A stretch of DNA of 64,000 nucleotides from Trypanosoma brucei. Its lineage: Eukaryota. Location of the stretch: NCBI GenBank assembly GCA_000002445.1, contig CP000070.1:128001-192000 (forward strand). The letters are read 5' to 3'. Position 1 is the stretch's first letter, and each line of letters starts with the position of its first letter. Shown here in pieces: positions 41,510-52,824 of the stretch. The translations under genes were made by a program, and so were the position numbers. Below the pieces are notes generated by a model. That model was not told the DNA's origin and searched no databases. It worked only from the letters and a program-made list of their open reading frames with translations.

Positions 41510-44056
41510 CTACTCCGAATAGAAAGAACTTGGTTGCGACTGCCCTCCACTGGCTGGACACGGAACCATTGTGAGAGAGATGCCCAACAGGTTGCACATC
41601 ACGTACGCGAGGTCTTGGTGCAAACGTGGTAGCCGAAGTTGGTAAAACCTCGGCAATGCGGTTTGAACATCATCCGAGTGAGTGCAATACGTCCCAGATG
41701 ACTCCTTGTCCGCTTTAGCCAGCGTCGACTCGGCGATCGTCATCGGACGATACCAAGGGAAACGGCCCAACGGCCCATTAATCTTCAGCAGCATCTCCTG
41801 GAGAGATACTTGAGCTAGATGGGCAGCCTGGGCTGCTCGGGCCTCCTCTCGCTTTCTTAACAGCTCGATTTCAAAGGCGCCCATTCTGTTATTTATCCAC
41901 CGTTCAGTATCGCTACCTACCTCATTTTTAAACACATTAACTTGTGGTTTTCTGTAATTTTTACAACTATCCAAAATGAACACTCGATATCGTAGTCCCT
42001 CGATCTCCATTGGTTCAGGAAGGACACCGCTTAACTTCGACGCCTCGACGCTCATTAAAAAGGCTACTGCAATATCACCGTAGTCAACCGCTTTCTCTTT
42101 CAGGGAATTAAGAGCGGAGCCGTTCAACGTGGGGGACGAGGCCGCAGCAGTGTACGAAGGTTCCGGCCCGCGTGTCGGCTGCTTATCAGACCTGGGGTGA
42201 AATCCTACGAATGACTTGTCAGCCGCCGCACTTGTAATGGTTTGCATGCTGACTCTCTCTGGTGCATCGCCTACACTCTCATTCAGTAAGGGCAGCACGT
42301 GTACCACCTCTCGCTTGCCAAACCGCTCCACACATGACTTTTCGGCGAGAACGGAGCGGACGATAACGCTCCGCTCCTCACGGAAGTTAACCTCTTGCAT
42401 ACCCTTCCCTCTCTTACCCCCTGGGGAAAAGCGTGTGGTGGCAAATACAAGTTCCAAGCAATTCTCCTTTTCAACAACGGTACTACTATCTGAAAGCGGG
42501 GTGATTCGCTGGAGCGTCGGGAACCCGCCGAGTGTACGAATGTACAGCAGTGCAACATAAAGAATACGTGCGGCGTAAGAAAGTTCTACGCAGCTTCCCT
42601 GGTCAAGTATCGTCTGTTTATCCAATGTAGCTGCCGAATCACCACCGGATGCCAGCCACCACTTCTTCAAACTACCTTCAGGTCCTCGCTGGGAACCCAC
42701 CGCAAATAACATGCTATTCAAGTTCCTACTAACCAATAAACCTTGTGGATCCCTCAGAATGGCAGAGCAAGCAACGAGAGAGTTAGGTTGTTCTCCCACC
42801 GCGCCCGTAGCCCCCGCTTTGTCGCTCAAATTCTTTAAAAACCCGATGTGCCCACGGCTGGAAGAGCAGCTCCACAACCTGTAAAAAACGTTTTGGTAGT
42901 CATCGAATGTCTCCGTGTACGTCATCCGGTTGTTGGCAAGTGTGACGGCGAGCTCCCCCCGCTCCCCTGGCTTCTCCTCGGTATCACCAAACTCCTGCAA
43001 TGGCTGCTTCCACGAACTTAAGTTTGCCTTTTCGGCCGGAGTGCCATCCTCCACATGCCACACGTCGTTGTGTCTACTCTTTTCCTTCAACCGGGTTATT
43101 TTAGAGGGGTGAATTGAGCCTCCAGGGAAAACAACATTTGCGGGCGGCTCTCCTGAGGTACCCCAGAAGTGATGAAACAACGCATCACCTGCTTCGTTGC
43201 TCAAACCGGTAGTTACGTCGTTCACGGGTTTACTGCTGTTGTTGGGGAAGCCATCCCACCTCGGGAAGGTGAGGTCGGGGGAAGAGTAGAAACCATGATG
43301 CTGCGACGGTGCCTGTGAACTTGTTTCATCAAGTGTGGGTGCGTCTTTGAGGTACAACTCTCGTGCGACACGTCGTGGGAGAGGAGACATGGTTGAGGTA
43401 TGTGCTTGTTTTTTTGCCTCGGGGCTACCTTCTAGTGGTGGAGCACCCCAACATTCATTCTCATTTACTGTTATACTCTCAATGAAACTCTTCCTGTTCG
43501 CCGGAGTGGCCGTGGTATAATCCCTCAGTGTCGATACAGCTGTTGCTCGTGCCTGGTGCTTGCGCGCCCTGCGGCTTGCAGCACGCGACACTACTACTTC
43601 GTTTTGCTTCTCTTTTGCAGATTCCTGCTTCCTAGTCGCCTTTGAACCTTGGCGGCCTTGATGGAGGCGCTTTCGCTCCTGGGCAGCTTTTGGTCGTGCG
43701 GCGCTGCGGCCACGGTCGGTTTTCTTCCCCATTTTGTTACTCGCAGAACGCGGACGCGCTTCACTCGCACGAGTGGGGATGCGTAAATTTCGATCCCCTC
43801 GAAGAGGAGCTGCCAAGGCAGCAGTGGGCGACCTCTTTTCCTCCGACGCCACGGCTGTCGGTGACGAGGCACACTCATCGGTGTTAGCATACTTTCTTAG
43901 CGTATCAGCCACACTTAAAAGTTCCTCCGACGCATAACTTGCGCTGCCCCTCGTATCGGCAGCGTCGTTGCGGGAGGGGTCGGCGTCGGGTTCCAAAAAT
44001 AGCTTAATGGACGTAGCGAGACGCACATTTAGACCTTCGCCAGCCCCCTCAAACAT
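41510..44056 (-). CDS. Hypothetical protein (about 848 aa), no recognisable domain
   Basis: The ORF-track start at 44170 is TTG; the first ATG is at 44056 (MFEGAGEGLN...). Long uninterrupted ORF on the unit strand with a basic low-complexity N-terminal region. Confidence 0.55.
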   Translation of the reverse strand: MFEGAGEGLNVRLATSIKLFLEPDADPSRNDAADTRGSASYASEELLSVADTLRKYANTDECASSPTAVASEEKRSPTAALAAPLRGDRNLRIPTRASEARPRSASNKMGKKTDRGRSAARPKAAQERKRLHQGRQGSKATRKQESAKEKQNEVVVSRAASRRARKHQARATAVSTLRDYTTATPANRKSFIESITVNENECWGAPPLEGSPEAKKQAHTSTMSPLPRRVARELYLKDAPTLDETSSQAPSQHHGFYSSPDLTFPRWDGFPNNSSKPVNDVTTGLSNEAGDALFHHFWGTSGEPPANVVFPGGSIHPSKITRLKEKSRHNDVWHVEDGTPAEKANLSSWKQPLQEFGDTEEKPGERGELAVTLANNRMTYTETFDDYQNVFYRLWSCSSSRGHIGFLKNLSDKAGATGAVGEQPNSLVACSAILRDPQGLLVSRNLNSMLFAVGSQRGPEGSLKKWWLASGGDSAATLDKQTILDQGSCVELSYAARILYVALLYIRTLGGFPTLQRITPLSDSSTVVEKENCLELVFATTRFSPGGKRGKGMQEVNFREERSVIVRSVLAEKSCVERFGKREVVHVLPLLNESVGDAPERVSMQTITSAAADKSFVGFHPRSDKQPTRGPEPSYTAAASSPTLNGSALNSLKEKAVDYGDIAVAFLMSVEASKLSGVLPEPMEIEGLRYRVFILDSCKNYRKPQVNVFKNEVGSDTERWINNRMGAFEIELLRKREEARAAQAAHLAQVSLQEMLLKINGPLGRFPWYRPMTIAESTLAKADKESSGTYCTHSDDVQTALPRFYQLRLPRLHQDLAYVMCNLLGISLTMVPCPASGGQSQPSSFYSE

Positions 44057-44771
44057 GATGAAGCAAGCTTGACCAGGGGTCAATGAAAGAACACCTAATT
44101 CACTTGCAAGTGGTCGCGCTTTCCTATTTCGGTCGCTGTACTCTACGCAGCGAATTAGTTCCTTCTTCAAACTAAGGGATAGGAGTAAAAAAAAAAATCA
44201 TATATGTGGGTAAAGGAACGAGACACGACAACAGAGCGAATGAACACCATTTTTCTACCACTACACACATTTTTCACATTTTTCTTTGTTTTATAAATCA
44301 TGCAATATGCATTGCATACAAAACAAGATCGGGCGATCGTGAGGGCAATGGGACAAGTCCACACAGGCAACTAAGAGAAAATCACAAACGGGAATGAAGG
44401 GACGAAAAGAAGAAAAGTGAAATCCTTGCAGACAAATATTATCCTCGTCCGCTTCTGCCCTTACTCTCCTTTTACCCATTACAAACTTAATCCGCATTGC
44501 ATTCCCGGCTCCCCTCTTATCTACATAATGAACCCCGCCACGATCCCCAAACATAGGAGAAAGGGGTTGGGGAAAAGTACAAGTAGCTTTTTCTAAGTAC
44601 ATTCATCTCATTCAATTTATCGCCATTCACATGTCTTTTTCACCGCTTGACCTGTCGGACACCTCGCAGCGAACCTCTAGAAGTTTAAAAATGAAAAATG
44701 AAAGGGAAAATGGCGGTGAGCTAACCAAATCGATACTCGAACACAAACATGGCCTTTGAACAGAAGCGGCT

Positions 44772-46481
44772 TTAGTTGTCTTCACTCTCAAGGGGAGTGC
44801 TTCCACGCACGTGGACATGAAACCCCTTCAGAAGAAACCTCCTCTCCTCTGAAGGTCCTGAAAGTGGAGGTTGAGTGTCGTCCTTTTCCATGTAAATGAC
44901 GTTATCGCACATTGTGCCACAACTGACGTCGCCCTCTAAACGAACAGTGCCCTCCAAAGCATTCTTCTGAAGGGAAGGATGTTGCGCAGGAATGGGCGGC
45001 GGCCTTGGCACGTCAGCGTCCTCCTCTTCCTCACCTTCTTCTTCCACTTCTTCGTTCTCATTTTCTTCAGCTTCCCGCTGTGCACGCTCGCAGGCCACTC
45101 TCTCAACAGCTTCTGCATCAGGTGGTATAGGTGGCACACGACCTTTTACAAGGATGCACTCCCTCCCACACCATCTAATCGCACAGCACTTAACTTTAGC
45201 AGCGCCACACTCTCCAGTGAAGAGTATGCCCACAGTACTATGGCTTTCCAGCCGCAGGAACTTCAATTCGGTGCCCGCGCAACCGTCGACAAGCATAACC
45301 CCAATATCTGTGTGGGCAATAAAGCAGTCACGCACGGAAACATCCGCATCGTCCAGATACAGTGCTACGTTGCACATAGCCTTTGTAGGTATCTTGGGTT
45401 GGGATACGACCTTCTTCCACCGATTCTTCAGGCGAAATAAGGGGCTTTGTTGTGCATGACGCGCAGCACGAAACTGGTCGGCGGTATACGTGGTTGGCGT
45501 TCCCTCAACAGGACCCAAAATCATGGAGGTGTGGATCTGCAGTGAGCACCGTGGATACGCGTAAAGCGCCTGCTTCGCACTGCCGTAAATAATGCAGAAC
45601 TCTATCAGCGCCTCGCTAAGAGGGTGGGCCACTACTGTTGGCAGCACTGGAGGTTCCGTAGATGGTTGACACGTAGTCGTTTCCACGGCCTCGGTCGTCG
45701 CTAAGGGATCTTTCCTCTGTAATGCATAATCGCCGAAGACACAGTGGCGGAATGTGGATCTGGTGAGTGGATTAAGCTCGATACCCCCAAAGAAGCATAA
45801 ACCTTGCATTTCCAGATGATTATCCTTTGCTTTGTGAACCATCTCAGCCTCCTCTGTGGACCCCTCTGGAGCATCGTCGGCATTTTCCTCCTCTTCATCC
45901 CCATCAGCCACTCTATCCTGCTCATCATCATAGTGTTTAATGCCCTGCAATCCCTCAGGAATTTCCGCGTCTTCATCGACAGAAACAAACGGCCGACTGT
46001 GACGCACTATCAGTCGCCCTTCAATCACTGGAAACAGTTGGGGATCTGGTGCTGTAGGGGTTACAGTTGCGGTAGCAGGTGCTTCACCACCGTAGGGCGC
46101 GTACCATGGGCCCAATCGGCGCTCGTCCCTTGGAATATGGATCTTCTTGCGATAACCAGCCTTCCGCCCCAGTGCCACCGGGACGCTCATAATCCGTAAG
46201 CCATCCAGTCGAGACTCCTCAATGACCACCTCTTTCTCAAGATAGGCGCCAGGGTACACGATCACAAGGTCCTCACGGTATGTCACCGCGTCCAACGCTT
46301 CCTGCAGCTTCTGCATGCTACTAAAACCACCCACGTAAAATGTACTTGGTCCATCTTCCAGCTGGGAGAGATCGTTTGATTCCTCCCACTCCTCTTCTTC
46401 TTCCTCTTCTTCTTCCTCTTCCTCCTCTTCTTCTTCCTCTTCTTCTTCACGTGCTTCAAGCTCGCTTTTCTTCGGAGGCAT
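44772..46481 (-). CDS. Hypothetical protein (569 aa) with an N-terminal poly-glutamate run of more than 20 residues
   Basis: ATG verified. MPPKKSELEAREEEEEEEEEEEEEEEEEEEEWEE is encoded by a (GAG/GAA)n codon repeat at about 46372-46450. The rest is non-repetitive. Confidence 0.6.
   Translation of the reverse strand: MPPKKSELEAREEEEEEEEEEEEEEEEEEEEWEESNDLSQLEDGPSTFYVGGFSSMQKLQEALDAVTYREDLVIVYPGAYLEKEVVIEESRLDGLRIMSVPVALGRKAGYRKKIHIPRDERRLGPWYAPYGGEAPATATVTPTAPDPQLFPVIEGRLIVRHSRPFVSVDEDAEIPEGLQGIKHYDDEQDRVADGDEEEENADDAPEGSTEEAEMVHKAKDNHLEMQGLCFFGGIELNPLTRSTFRHCVFGDYALQRKDPLATTEAVETTTCQPSTEPPVLPTVVAHPLSEALIEFCIIYGSAKQALYAYPRCSLQIHTSMILGPVEGTPTTYTADQFRAARHAQQSPLFRLKNRWKKVVSQPKIPTKAMCNVALYLDDADVSVRDCFIAHTDIGVMLVDGCAGTELKFLRLESHSTVGILFTGECGAAKVKCCAIRWCGRECILVKGRVPPIPPDAEAVERVACERAQREAEENENEEVEEEGEEEEDADVPRPPPIPAQHPSLQKNALEGTVRLEGDVSCGTMCDNVIYMEKDDTQPPLSGPSEERRFLLKGFHVHVRGSTPLESEDN
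46372..46450 (-). repeat. (GAG/GAA)n codon repeat encoding a poly-Glu run
   Basis: The plus strand reads tcctcttcttcttcctcttcttcttcctcttcctcc... Confidence 0.85.
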
Positions 46482-47573
46482 AGATATTGCTTAGACCTCT
46501 GTTTGTCTTATGAAATCCTTTGTGTCAGAAAATAGCAGACAGAGAAGAGGAGTAATGGAATGCCGCCATGGAGAACGCAGGACATAGCGGGAAAACAGGG
46601 TAACGTTAGTGACTGTAAAAGTGGGCAACTTTCGGTAATGTCAGGAGTTCGGTTTCTCCTCTTTTCTTCCCCAGATTCATCATCTACTTTTCAGATTGTA
46701 ACAACGAATAGTTCGTGAGGAAATGGGCAAGAAACAACCCATAGGTCACGCACAAAGGAATAAAGTGAGCAGCGCTGTCACGTAAAAACATGTGAAACGA
46801 GATGGTGATGTAACTCCAGGGGTGTGAGAGAAAATGAAAGACAAGCGTGACCACAACAGCAGGATCAACATGGAATAGACAGAACTTTGGGGAAGTACAT
46901 TCTTCTAAATATTTTTCTCACCCAACTGGAGTTGCATAACGGCTGAAGTCCGTGTTTCCACAGGTTGATAACACCTTCTATTTCCATCATCCCGACACAT
47001 ATATACATTCCCAACACCAGTGCTTACATGCAGCCACTGGCTATTAACAGACCACTCACGGGCTCATTTCATCCTGTTTTGCTCGTAAACAAACAAAAGG
47101 TGAAAAAAACAATGCCCCGGAATGCAAGTTAGAAAAAGGGAAGGTGCCCCGGTACAAACTCACTTGAGATGATATGAGTTACTTTCCTAACTCTCCACAC
47201 CTCTACGACAATTTAGTGTGTTGAGGTACGCAGTCGTCCATTGAGACACGGGCCTACGCACTTTTGGATTGGTGAAATAAGACACACCACGTCAAAAAAA
47301 AAAAATGTCGTGGAGTAACCGCGAGTCTGCAGAGCCGTCACGAGCTCAGTTGCAGCGCAAACCCCCGTAACGAGCGCCGTATGCCTGCGTCAATTTAGTA
47401 CGGGGTTGCCATCGTTCCGGGGACACAGGCACTAAGCACTAAATAACAAAGTTTTAACTATAAGACAACCCCTTTCTTCTCGTGCGAAATTTGTTCTATC
47501 AAGTGACACCGTCCACACGGTGAACTGCACCAAATAGTGCAACGCACAAGAGCGACAAATCACCTGGCGAGCC

Positions 47574-48608
47574 CTATAATCTCGGTTTCTTCTTTGGATG
47601 CAATGCTTCCTCGTGAACTTTTGTAAAATCGTCAGGTTTCCCCGGCTTACCCGTTTCAAAGGGGGCACGGCAGTCAGTATCACCAGCGCCACATCGCTTG
47701 CGGCAGTGGTCCAACTTTTGGGCATAATGCGCAATTCTTCCGTGCTGTCGCGCCTTTTCACGCGTGGCATCCGCAAGTTCTCTAGTCAGTGACTCCACAG
47801 AGTTGTATGTCTCGAGTGCAACAGTTCGAAGTTTCTGCAGCCGCTCAACCCCCACCGTCCCATTCTGCGTTAGTGCATTGTACCGATTCTGGGCTCTTCC
47901 CAGGGAATCTTGTAATTTAATGCACTGATCCTCCAACTGCTGCTGACTGTTTGCAAGGTTGAGTTCGCGACTATTGAGATTTCTACACCGCTTCATCAAA
48001 TCCTTTACTTCGCGCTTTAATCTATCCACATAAGCTTCAGTCGGTGGGCACTGCCTTTGGCCAGTAATGCACACCTCATCGTCTACATCATGCGCAACAT
48101 CAGTCTCACTACTACCAGCATTATTCATGTCGACAACGACTTCTCCTTGCTGTTGCCCAGCTCTTCGCCTACACTGTGGGTGGAAGCACAGAATATCAGA
48201 TTTCCTCTTCAAGGGATGACGGCAGATGGGGCACTGTGCACCAGTCTTGTACTCGTACAGCTGCATTGCGCACGTAAAGTGAAGTAAGTGCCCACATGGA
48301 AGCACTGCGATTCCCTCCAGGGCTCCTGACGTCTCGGATGAACTCGCTGCCAACCTTGCTCTACCAGCACCCAAACGGTACAAACTTACCGCCGCCACAA
48401 AGGCGTCTGGCATGTTGCCGACCCACCCAAACGCGCCGTTTGGCCAAACTCGCATGGGAAAGTTGACTTCATCACCTACTTGGTTCAGATCACCACTTGC
48501 ACCCACGTCCGTTGACGATGGCGTTGCTGCGGGTGCGTTACTCAACAGCGACTCAATGCAAATGGGGCACTCTGCACCACGCAAAAACTCAAACTGAGGC
48601 ATTAGCAT
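47574..48608 (-). CDS. RING-H2 zinc finger protein with a coiled-coil region (putative E3 ubiquitin ligase)
   Basis: The ORF-track start at 48626 is GTG; the first ATG is at 48608 (MLMPQFEF...). RING signature CPICIESL...LPCGHLLHFTCAMQLYEYKTGAQCPICRHPL. Heptad-like charged region LKREVKDLMKRCRNLNSRELNLANSQQQLEDQCIKLQDSL. Confidence 0.7.
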   Translation of the reverse strand: MLMPQFEFLRGAECPICIESLLSNAPAATPSSTDVGASGDLNQVGDEVNFPMRVWPNGAFGWVGNMPDAFVAAVSLYRLGAGRARLAASSSETSGALEGIAVLPCGHLLHFTCAMQLYEYKTGAQCPICRHPLKRKSDILCFHPQCRRRAGQQQGEVVVDMNNAGSSETDVAHDVDDEVCITGQRQCPPTEAYVDRLKREVKDLMKRCRNLNSRELNLANSQQQLEDQCIKLQDSLGRAQNRYNALTQNGTVGVERLQKLRTVALETYNSVESLTRELADATREKARQHGRIAHYAQKLDHCRKRCGAGDTDCRAPFETGKPGKPDDFTKVHEEALHPKKKPRL

Positions 48609-49065
48609 ATTTGGCAGTGCTGGCACGTACGCAACTCCTCTTCCCCCACCTTCACCCGAGCCAGATGGAAAAGAATACGTAATGCGTTACTTATGTGTAT
48701 AAATCCTGCCACAAAGTATCGATAATATTCCCTTCCGCCTCCACACTTGGCACTAGCCTTCCTGGTGTTAAGAGAATCAGGGAAAGAAATAAATCGCAAG
48801 GTGCACCATGTTGATGCAGGGGAAAGTGAAGAAATGGAGAAGCAGCATCCGACGTGAAATTTTTAAAAGTGCAAAGTTGTGTCGAAACTCATTATGATGT
48901 TTCCGCGTAGACCCTGTTTTTAATCAATTGGCAGTTCGTGAAAAGAGTTTTGTCAATAAAAATTATAAGCGGTAGAGAAAGAATAAGGTAACCTTCTGCC
49001 CAACAAAACGTAAGGGGAAATGCGACGCAGCAGAAGCTCGCCAAAACGTTACGACGACATTACAT

Positions 49066-50982
49066 TTACTCTACAACCCAAGGTGGCGGAGGTGCAAGAA
49101 AAATAACAACTGGTCCCTGCCGCTGCACAAAACCCACATCCATACGCACTGCGTCTTCATAGCAGCACTCCAAACTGGGCGGTGGGCCCTCACCGTACCC
49201 CAAAATTTGACCTTCGGTGATGCTTTCGGAGTCGACCACATCCGAGCAGGCAAGTAAAGATTTATGCTCCATTTCGTACCGCCAGGCGTGCAAGGCAACG
49301 CGGGACCCATTGGAACCATCAAAAGAAGCCACAGGAAGTTTCCCACCACACTCCCAGCACAACTCGTCGGAAGCATAAAATCTGTCACGAAAAGATTTTG
49401 GCAACTCGTCTACGCAAAAGTAAAAAGTTTGCCTATCATGCCCTCGCTCATTTGTATTGTATGTCACATCCCCAACAATGGGATGTCCCCAATCACTAAG
49501 GTGGATACGAATCTGATGCATGCGACCAGAGAATGGCACGCAGTGGACAAGACTTTCGGTGTTCGTTCCTGCATCTTTATGGTGGGAGTGATCACTCTGA
49601 TAGTGCCGTAGCGGCTGACACAGCGTCATAGCATCCTGACAAAACATTTCCTTGATAGGGGTCCCATACGATTCATTCAAATCTTCATATATCGTTTCAT
49701 TTTCACTGAACCTGTACTGCCGCAACGGAGAGGTGAAAAGAACCGGTACACCAACTGAATTCACAAAAGTCTTTACGTTCATCCCATCAGTTGCATCTCT
49801 GCGCCCTTCATGAGAGTTTTTGGTAACAATTAACAAGCCACCGTTAATGGGGCATGTGGTATCTTTCTCATTGCTGTCAGCTAGCACGCCTTCCTTATTT
49901 TTATCCCCAGGACAATTTTCAAATCGTATCTTCATAGAATTTTCCGGGAAACAGCCACGAACCCGCGCCAAGTACCGTTTCCTGACTGTGGCGCCGGACA
50001 TGTGCAACTTATCAAAAGTAATCGTCCCCTCGTCGCTCTCAAAGCGGGATCGCCGTGGCAGAATCTCCTCCATCTGCCGCGTCTTACTCATAAGCGCTTC
50101 TCCAACGCGCCGCGCTGCTACCTTCGAGATTCCCAAGAGAAGCACACCAGATGTTACTTTATCCAACCTATGGCAGGGCCGCGGGAGCCGCTCAATAGGC
50201 ACCGTGTCTTCTTCCATTGAATCCGTGAGATAATACGCCAGCAGCTCATCCCGCTCCCTCCCAGTAAGGTGAATAGTAGAAACCAACGATTGCAGGAGTG
50301 GATCCTTCTCTACAAGCCATGCATGCAGACGTCTTGGCGCAAGGACGTATTCCAGCATAGCTGTGCAGGAATTCATGAAATACCTGCCACTTGCATGAGT
50401 CGGCAAACCGGCAGGTTTGTGCACAACCAGAATTCCATATTCACAAATACGCACCGCCGCTAGAACTATGGGCTCGACGCCCGTGGCGCCCATACGCACG
50501 GGGATTTCATGTCGGTGGACCGAATGAAGAACAACGTCCCCATGCTGAAGTGGTCCGTTCGCATTAGATGAATCCCCAGCACTGGCATCTGCTCCACTCG
50601 GCTCGCCCGCAGTGTGAGATCGTTTCATGTGATTCCGTCGGACATTGCACCTCGATCGCGAGATTTTCTGCAAGCGTCCCTTTTCCACGCAAGCCTCGTA
50701 GTAACTGCGGGAGTGATGAACATGCTCCTCGGAGTAAACATCCACCAGCTCACGGCCCACCCAACGACCCTTTACGAAAACGCGAAACGTAAAAAAATAC
50801 GGGACGACAAAGCGCCGCGTAGGTTGTTCGCGCTCCTTAGGAGGTGAAGTCGCGGTGTACCATGGAAAACCGGGGAACAGCGGCGTGCTGTATAATTTTC
50901 GCTTCGATTCATCATTCCAGGAGGCCTCTTCCAAAAGTTGGAGCCGTGTTGCCTCCATAGATCCTTTGGTACTGTAACACAT
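49066..50982 (-). CDS. RluA-family RNA pseudouridine synthase domain protein (large, with insertions)
   Basis: The ORF-track start at 51054 is GTG; in-frame ATGs lie at 50982 and 50958. RluA motifs GILVVHKPAGLPTHASGRY and the catalytic HRLDKVTSGVLLLG. Confidence 0.75.
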   Translation of the reverse strand: MCYSTKGSMEATRLQLLEEASWNDESKRKLYSTPLFPGFPWYTATSPPKEREQPTRRFVVPYFFTFRVFVKGRWVGRELVDVYSEEHVHHSRSYYEACVEKGRLQKISRSRCNVRRNHMKRSHTAGEPSGADASAGDSSNANGPLQHGDVVLHSVHRHEIPVRMGATGVEPIVLAAVRICEYGILVVHKPAGLPTHASGRYFMNSCTAMLEYVLAPRRLHAWLVEKDPLLQSLVSTIHLTGRERDELLAYYLTDSMEEDTVPIERLPRPCHRLDKVTSGVLLLGISKVAARRVGEALMSKTRQMEEILPRRSRFESDEGTITFDKLHMSGATVRKRYLARVRGCFPENSMKIRFENCPGDKNKEGVLADSNEKDTTCPINGGLLIVTKNSHEGRRDATDGMNVKTFVNSVGVPVLFTSPLRQYRFSENETIYEDLNESYGTPIKEMFCQDAMTLCQPLRHYQSDHSHHKDAGTNTESLVHCVPFSGRMHQIRIHLSDWGHPIVGDVTYNTNERGHDRQTFYFCVDELPKSFRDRFYASDELCWECGGKLPVASFDGSNGSRVALHAWRYEMEHKSLLACSDVVDSESITEGQILGYGEGPPPSLECCYEDAVRMDVGFVQRQGPVVIFLAPPPPWVVE

Positions 50983-51120
50983 GAAAAATGCAGAGAATAT
51001 AAAGAGATTGTTTTCCTCGTTTGGAGTTGGATTCCCTCCTCTCCATACGACCACGCGAGATTATTTCAAATAAAAGGTCAGAGGAAAGATAGGACATCCA
51101 ATATAAAACGACAAGGGTGA

Positions 51121-52824
51121 CTATTCTTGCTGAAAGTCAGCCGCCGTCTTACCTCGGACCTTTTTCATTACCTCATGCACCTCTGATGGTGGGGGGACAG
51201 GTTCGCGGAGCATACCCCGTCTCACTAAAACTGACATGAGTCGATCGTACATAGTTAACTGCTTCACGTAGTACAGGGAAAAGAGAATGTGACGCACATC
51301 TCGCGGAACTTCTGCAGTTGATGTTATCTCGATGGTCAAACATGTGAACTCCGTAACCCTACTCCAAAATGCGTCGTCCATATAACGGCGAGAAGCAAGA
51401 GCACAACACAGCACAGCAACATCCTCAAGCAACTCCTCTGCGTTCACCACTGATCCTTCATGCTTTGCAGCCTTTCGCTCTGCCACCTTACGCTCCTTTA
51501 GTGAAAGCAATCGCAACTTCACTGCTTCAATATTGGTCTGACTTGGGGTTGGCCTTAACCGGGTTGTCACCTCACGCATGCGAACCTCAGTGGCTCTAGC
51601 TAATGCGTTCATTTGAGACAATACGGTGTACGACGTCATAACGGGCTTAAGGGCCTCACTGGTCGCAGGGGCGGAGGTTGTGGCGGATTTATTCTCATCT
51701 CTATCATCAGAGTCGTTAACACTGATATCGGCAGAAGAAATCGAGGCCTGACCCACGTGGGGATCATCAAAATCCGTGCATTGGGCAAAGGCCGTAGCGA
51801 GCCTGCCAAGTCGCTTGCTATCAAGTTGTTCGCAAGCACCAAGTGCGGGCAACAAGAGTTGATAAACAACGGGGAGCAGAACAACAGGCGGATCAACCGA
51901 CAACAGTGCTCCGCCGGTGTCAGCCAGCATTATGGCATGTTGAAGAAGTTCAGCGGAAAGTTTCACACCCATATGGCTAAGGCGCTCCCCATCACGTGAC
52001 GGTATTGGACTTGGTGCCTGTGTTGGTACGACATCGTTCGTAGTGTTCACTCCATTTTCGCATTCCGTAGCCAACTTTTCATCAGGTAAGTGATCATGTA
52101 TGGCGTGCCAGACATGCGTAAGTCTCTCACGCGCCAGGTAAAAAATAACTACACGGATCTCATCAACAACGGTGGAAAGTAGTCCCTCATCCAAGCCATG
52201 CACAGCCGCATTGACAGACACTACGTTTTCTGGCATTTGGAGGCTCGGTGGTCCTGCTCGGAGAGTGCACAGTCGCAAAGCTGAACAAAGAGCCTGTACG
52301 AAAACAGGAAGGCAATACAGGTCGCGCGGAACCCGCTCCCCAGTGCCCTGTGGATCACTATGGTTCGCAAGCAGTTCCTTCTCCAATGTAGAGAGAAGGG
52401 AAGTGGTTTCAGTCCGGGGAAAGTGGCTTCGCCAGAGAAGACAGAATCGTCTCAAAGCCTCCGTGTCGTCTACATTTTGCAGCATGTCTTGGATACTCAC
52501 AACAATACGCTCCCAGACCGGAGCTGAATCACTTGACTCCTCAAGTCCCAGTGGAAGAACTCCACCACTTCGGGGGATGGAAGAACAGCGCCTGGAGAAC
52601 GAAACGACACGTAATGAAGGCGGCTGCAGCCTTCCTACCCTCCTGAAAATAGGTCGTATATACCACTGACACTTCATCATCCCGTGCCTCGCACAGGCTC
52701 CCACGACCGGCGCCAAGGAGACCAGCATCCGTGTGTGGAATGTTGTGCCTAAGAGAGAACAAAACGGGCAAATAATGATATTATCCACGCAAAGATCCAT
52801 TTCCTGCACATTCATTGGGTGCAT
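51121..52824 (-). CDS. Hypothetical protein (about 567 aa)
   Basis: The ORF-track start at 52893 is TTG; the first ATG is at 52824. The true start could lie further downstream (MLVSLAPVV... or MMKCQWY...). Long ORF on the unit strand. Confidence 0.5.
   Translation of the reverse strand: MHPMNVQEMDLCVDNIIICPFCSLLGTTFHTRMLVSLAPVVGACARHGMMKCQWYIRPIFRRVGRLQPPSLRVVSFSRRCSSIPRSGGVLPLGLEESSDSAPVWERIVVSIQDMLQNVDDTEALRRFCLLWRSHFPRTETTSLLSTLEKELLANHSDPQGTGERVPRDLYCLPVFVQALCSALRLCTLRAGPPSLQMPENVVSVNAAVHGLDEGLLSTVVDEIRVVIFYLARERLTHVWHAIHDHLPDEKLATECENGVNTTNDVVPTQAPSPIPSRDGERLSHMGVKLSAELLQHAIMLADTGGALLSVDPPVVLLPVVYQLLLPALGACEQLDSKRLGRLATAFAQCTDFDDPHVGQASISSADISVNDSDDRDENKSATTSAPATSEALKPVMTSYTVLSQMNALARATEVRMREVTTRLRPTPSQTNIEAVKLRLLSLKERKVAERKAAKHEGSVVNAEELLEDVAVLCCALASRRYMDDAFWSRVTEFTCLTIEITSTAEVPRDVRHILFSLYYVKQLTMYDRLMSVLVRRGMLREPVPPPSEVHEVMKKVRGKTAADFQQE

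Noticed and set aside
47432-47776. 114-aa minus-strand ORF overlapping the 3' end of the RING-finger gene
   Set aside because: It overlaps the stronger RING ORF in another frame and has no distinguishing features.
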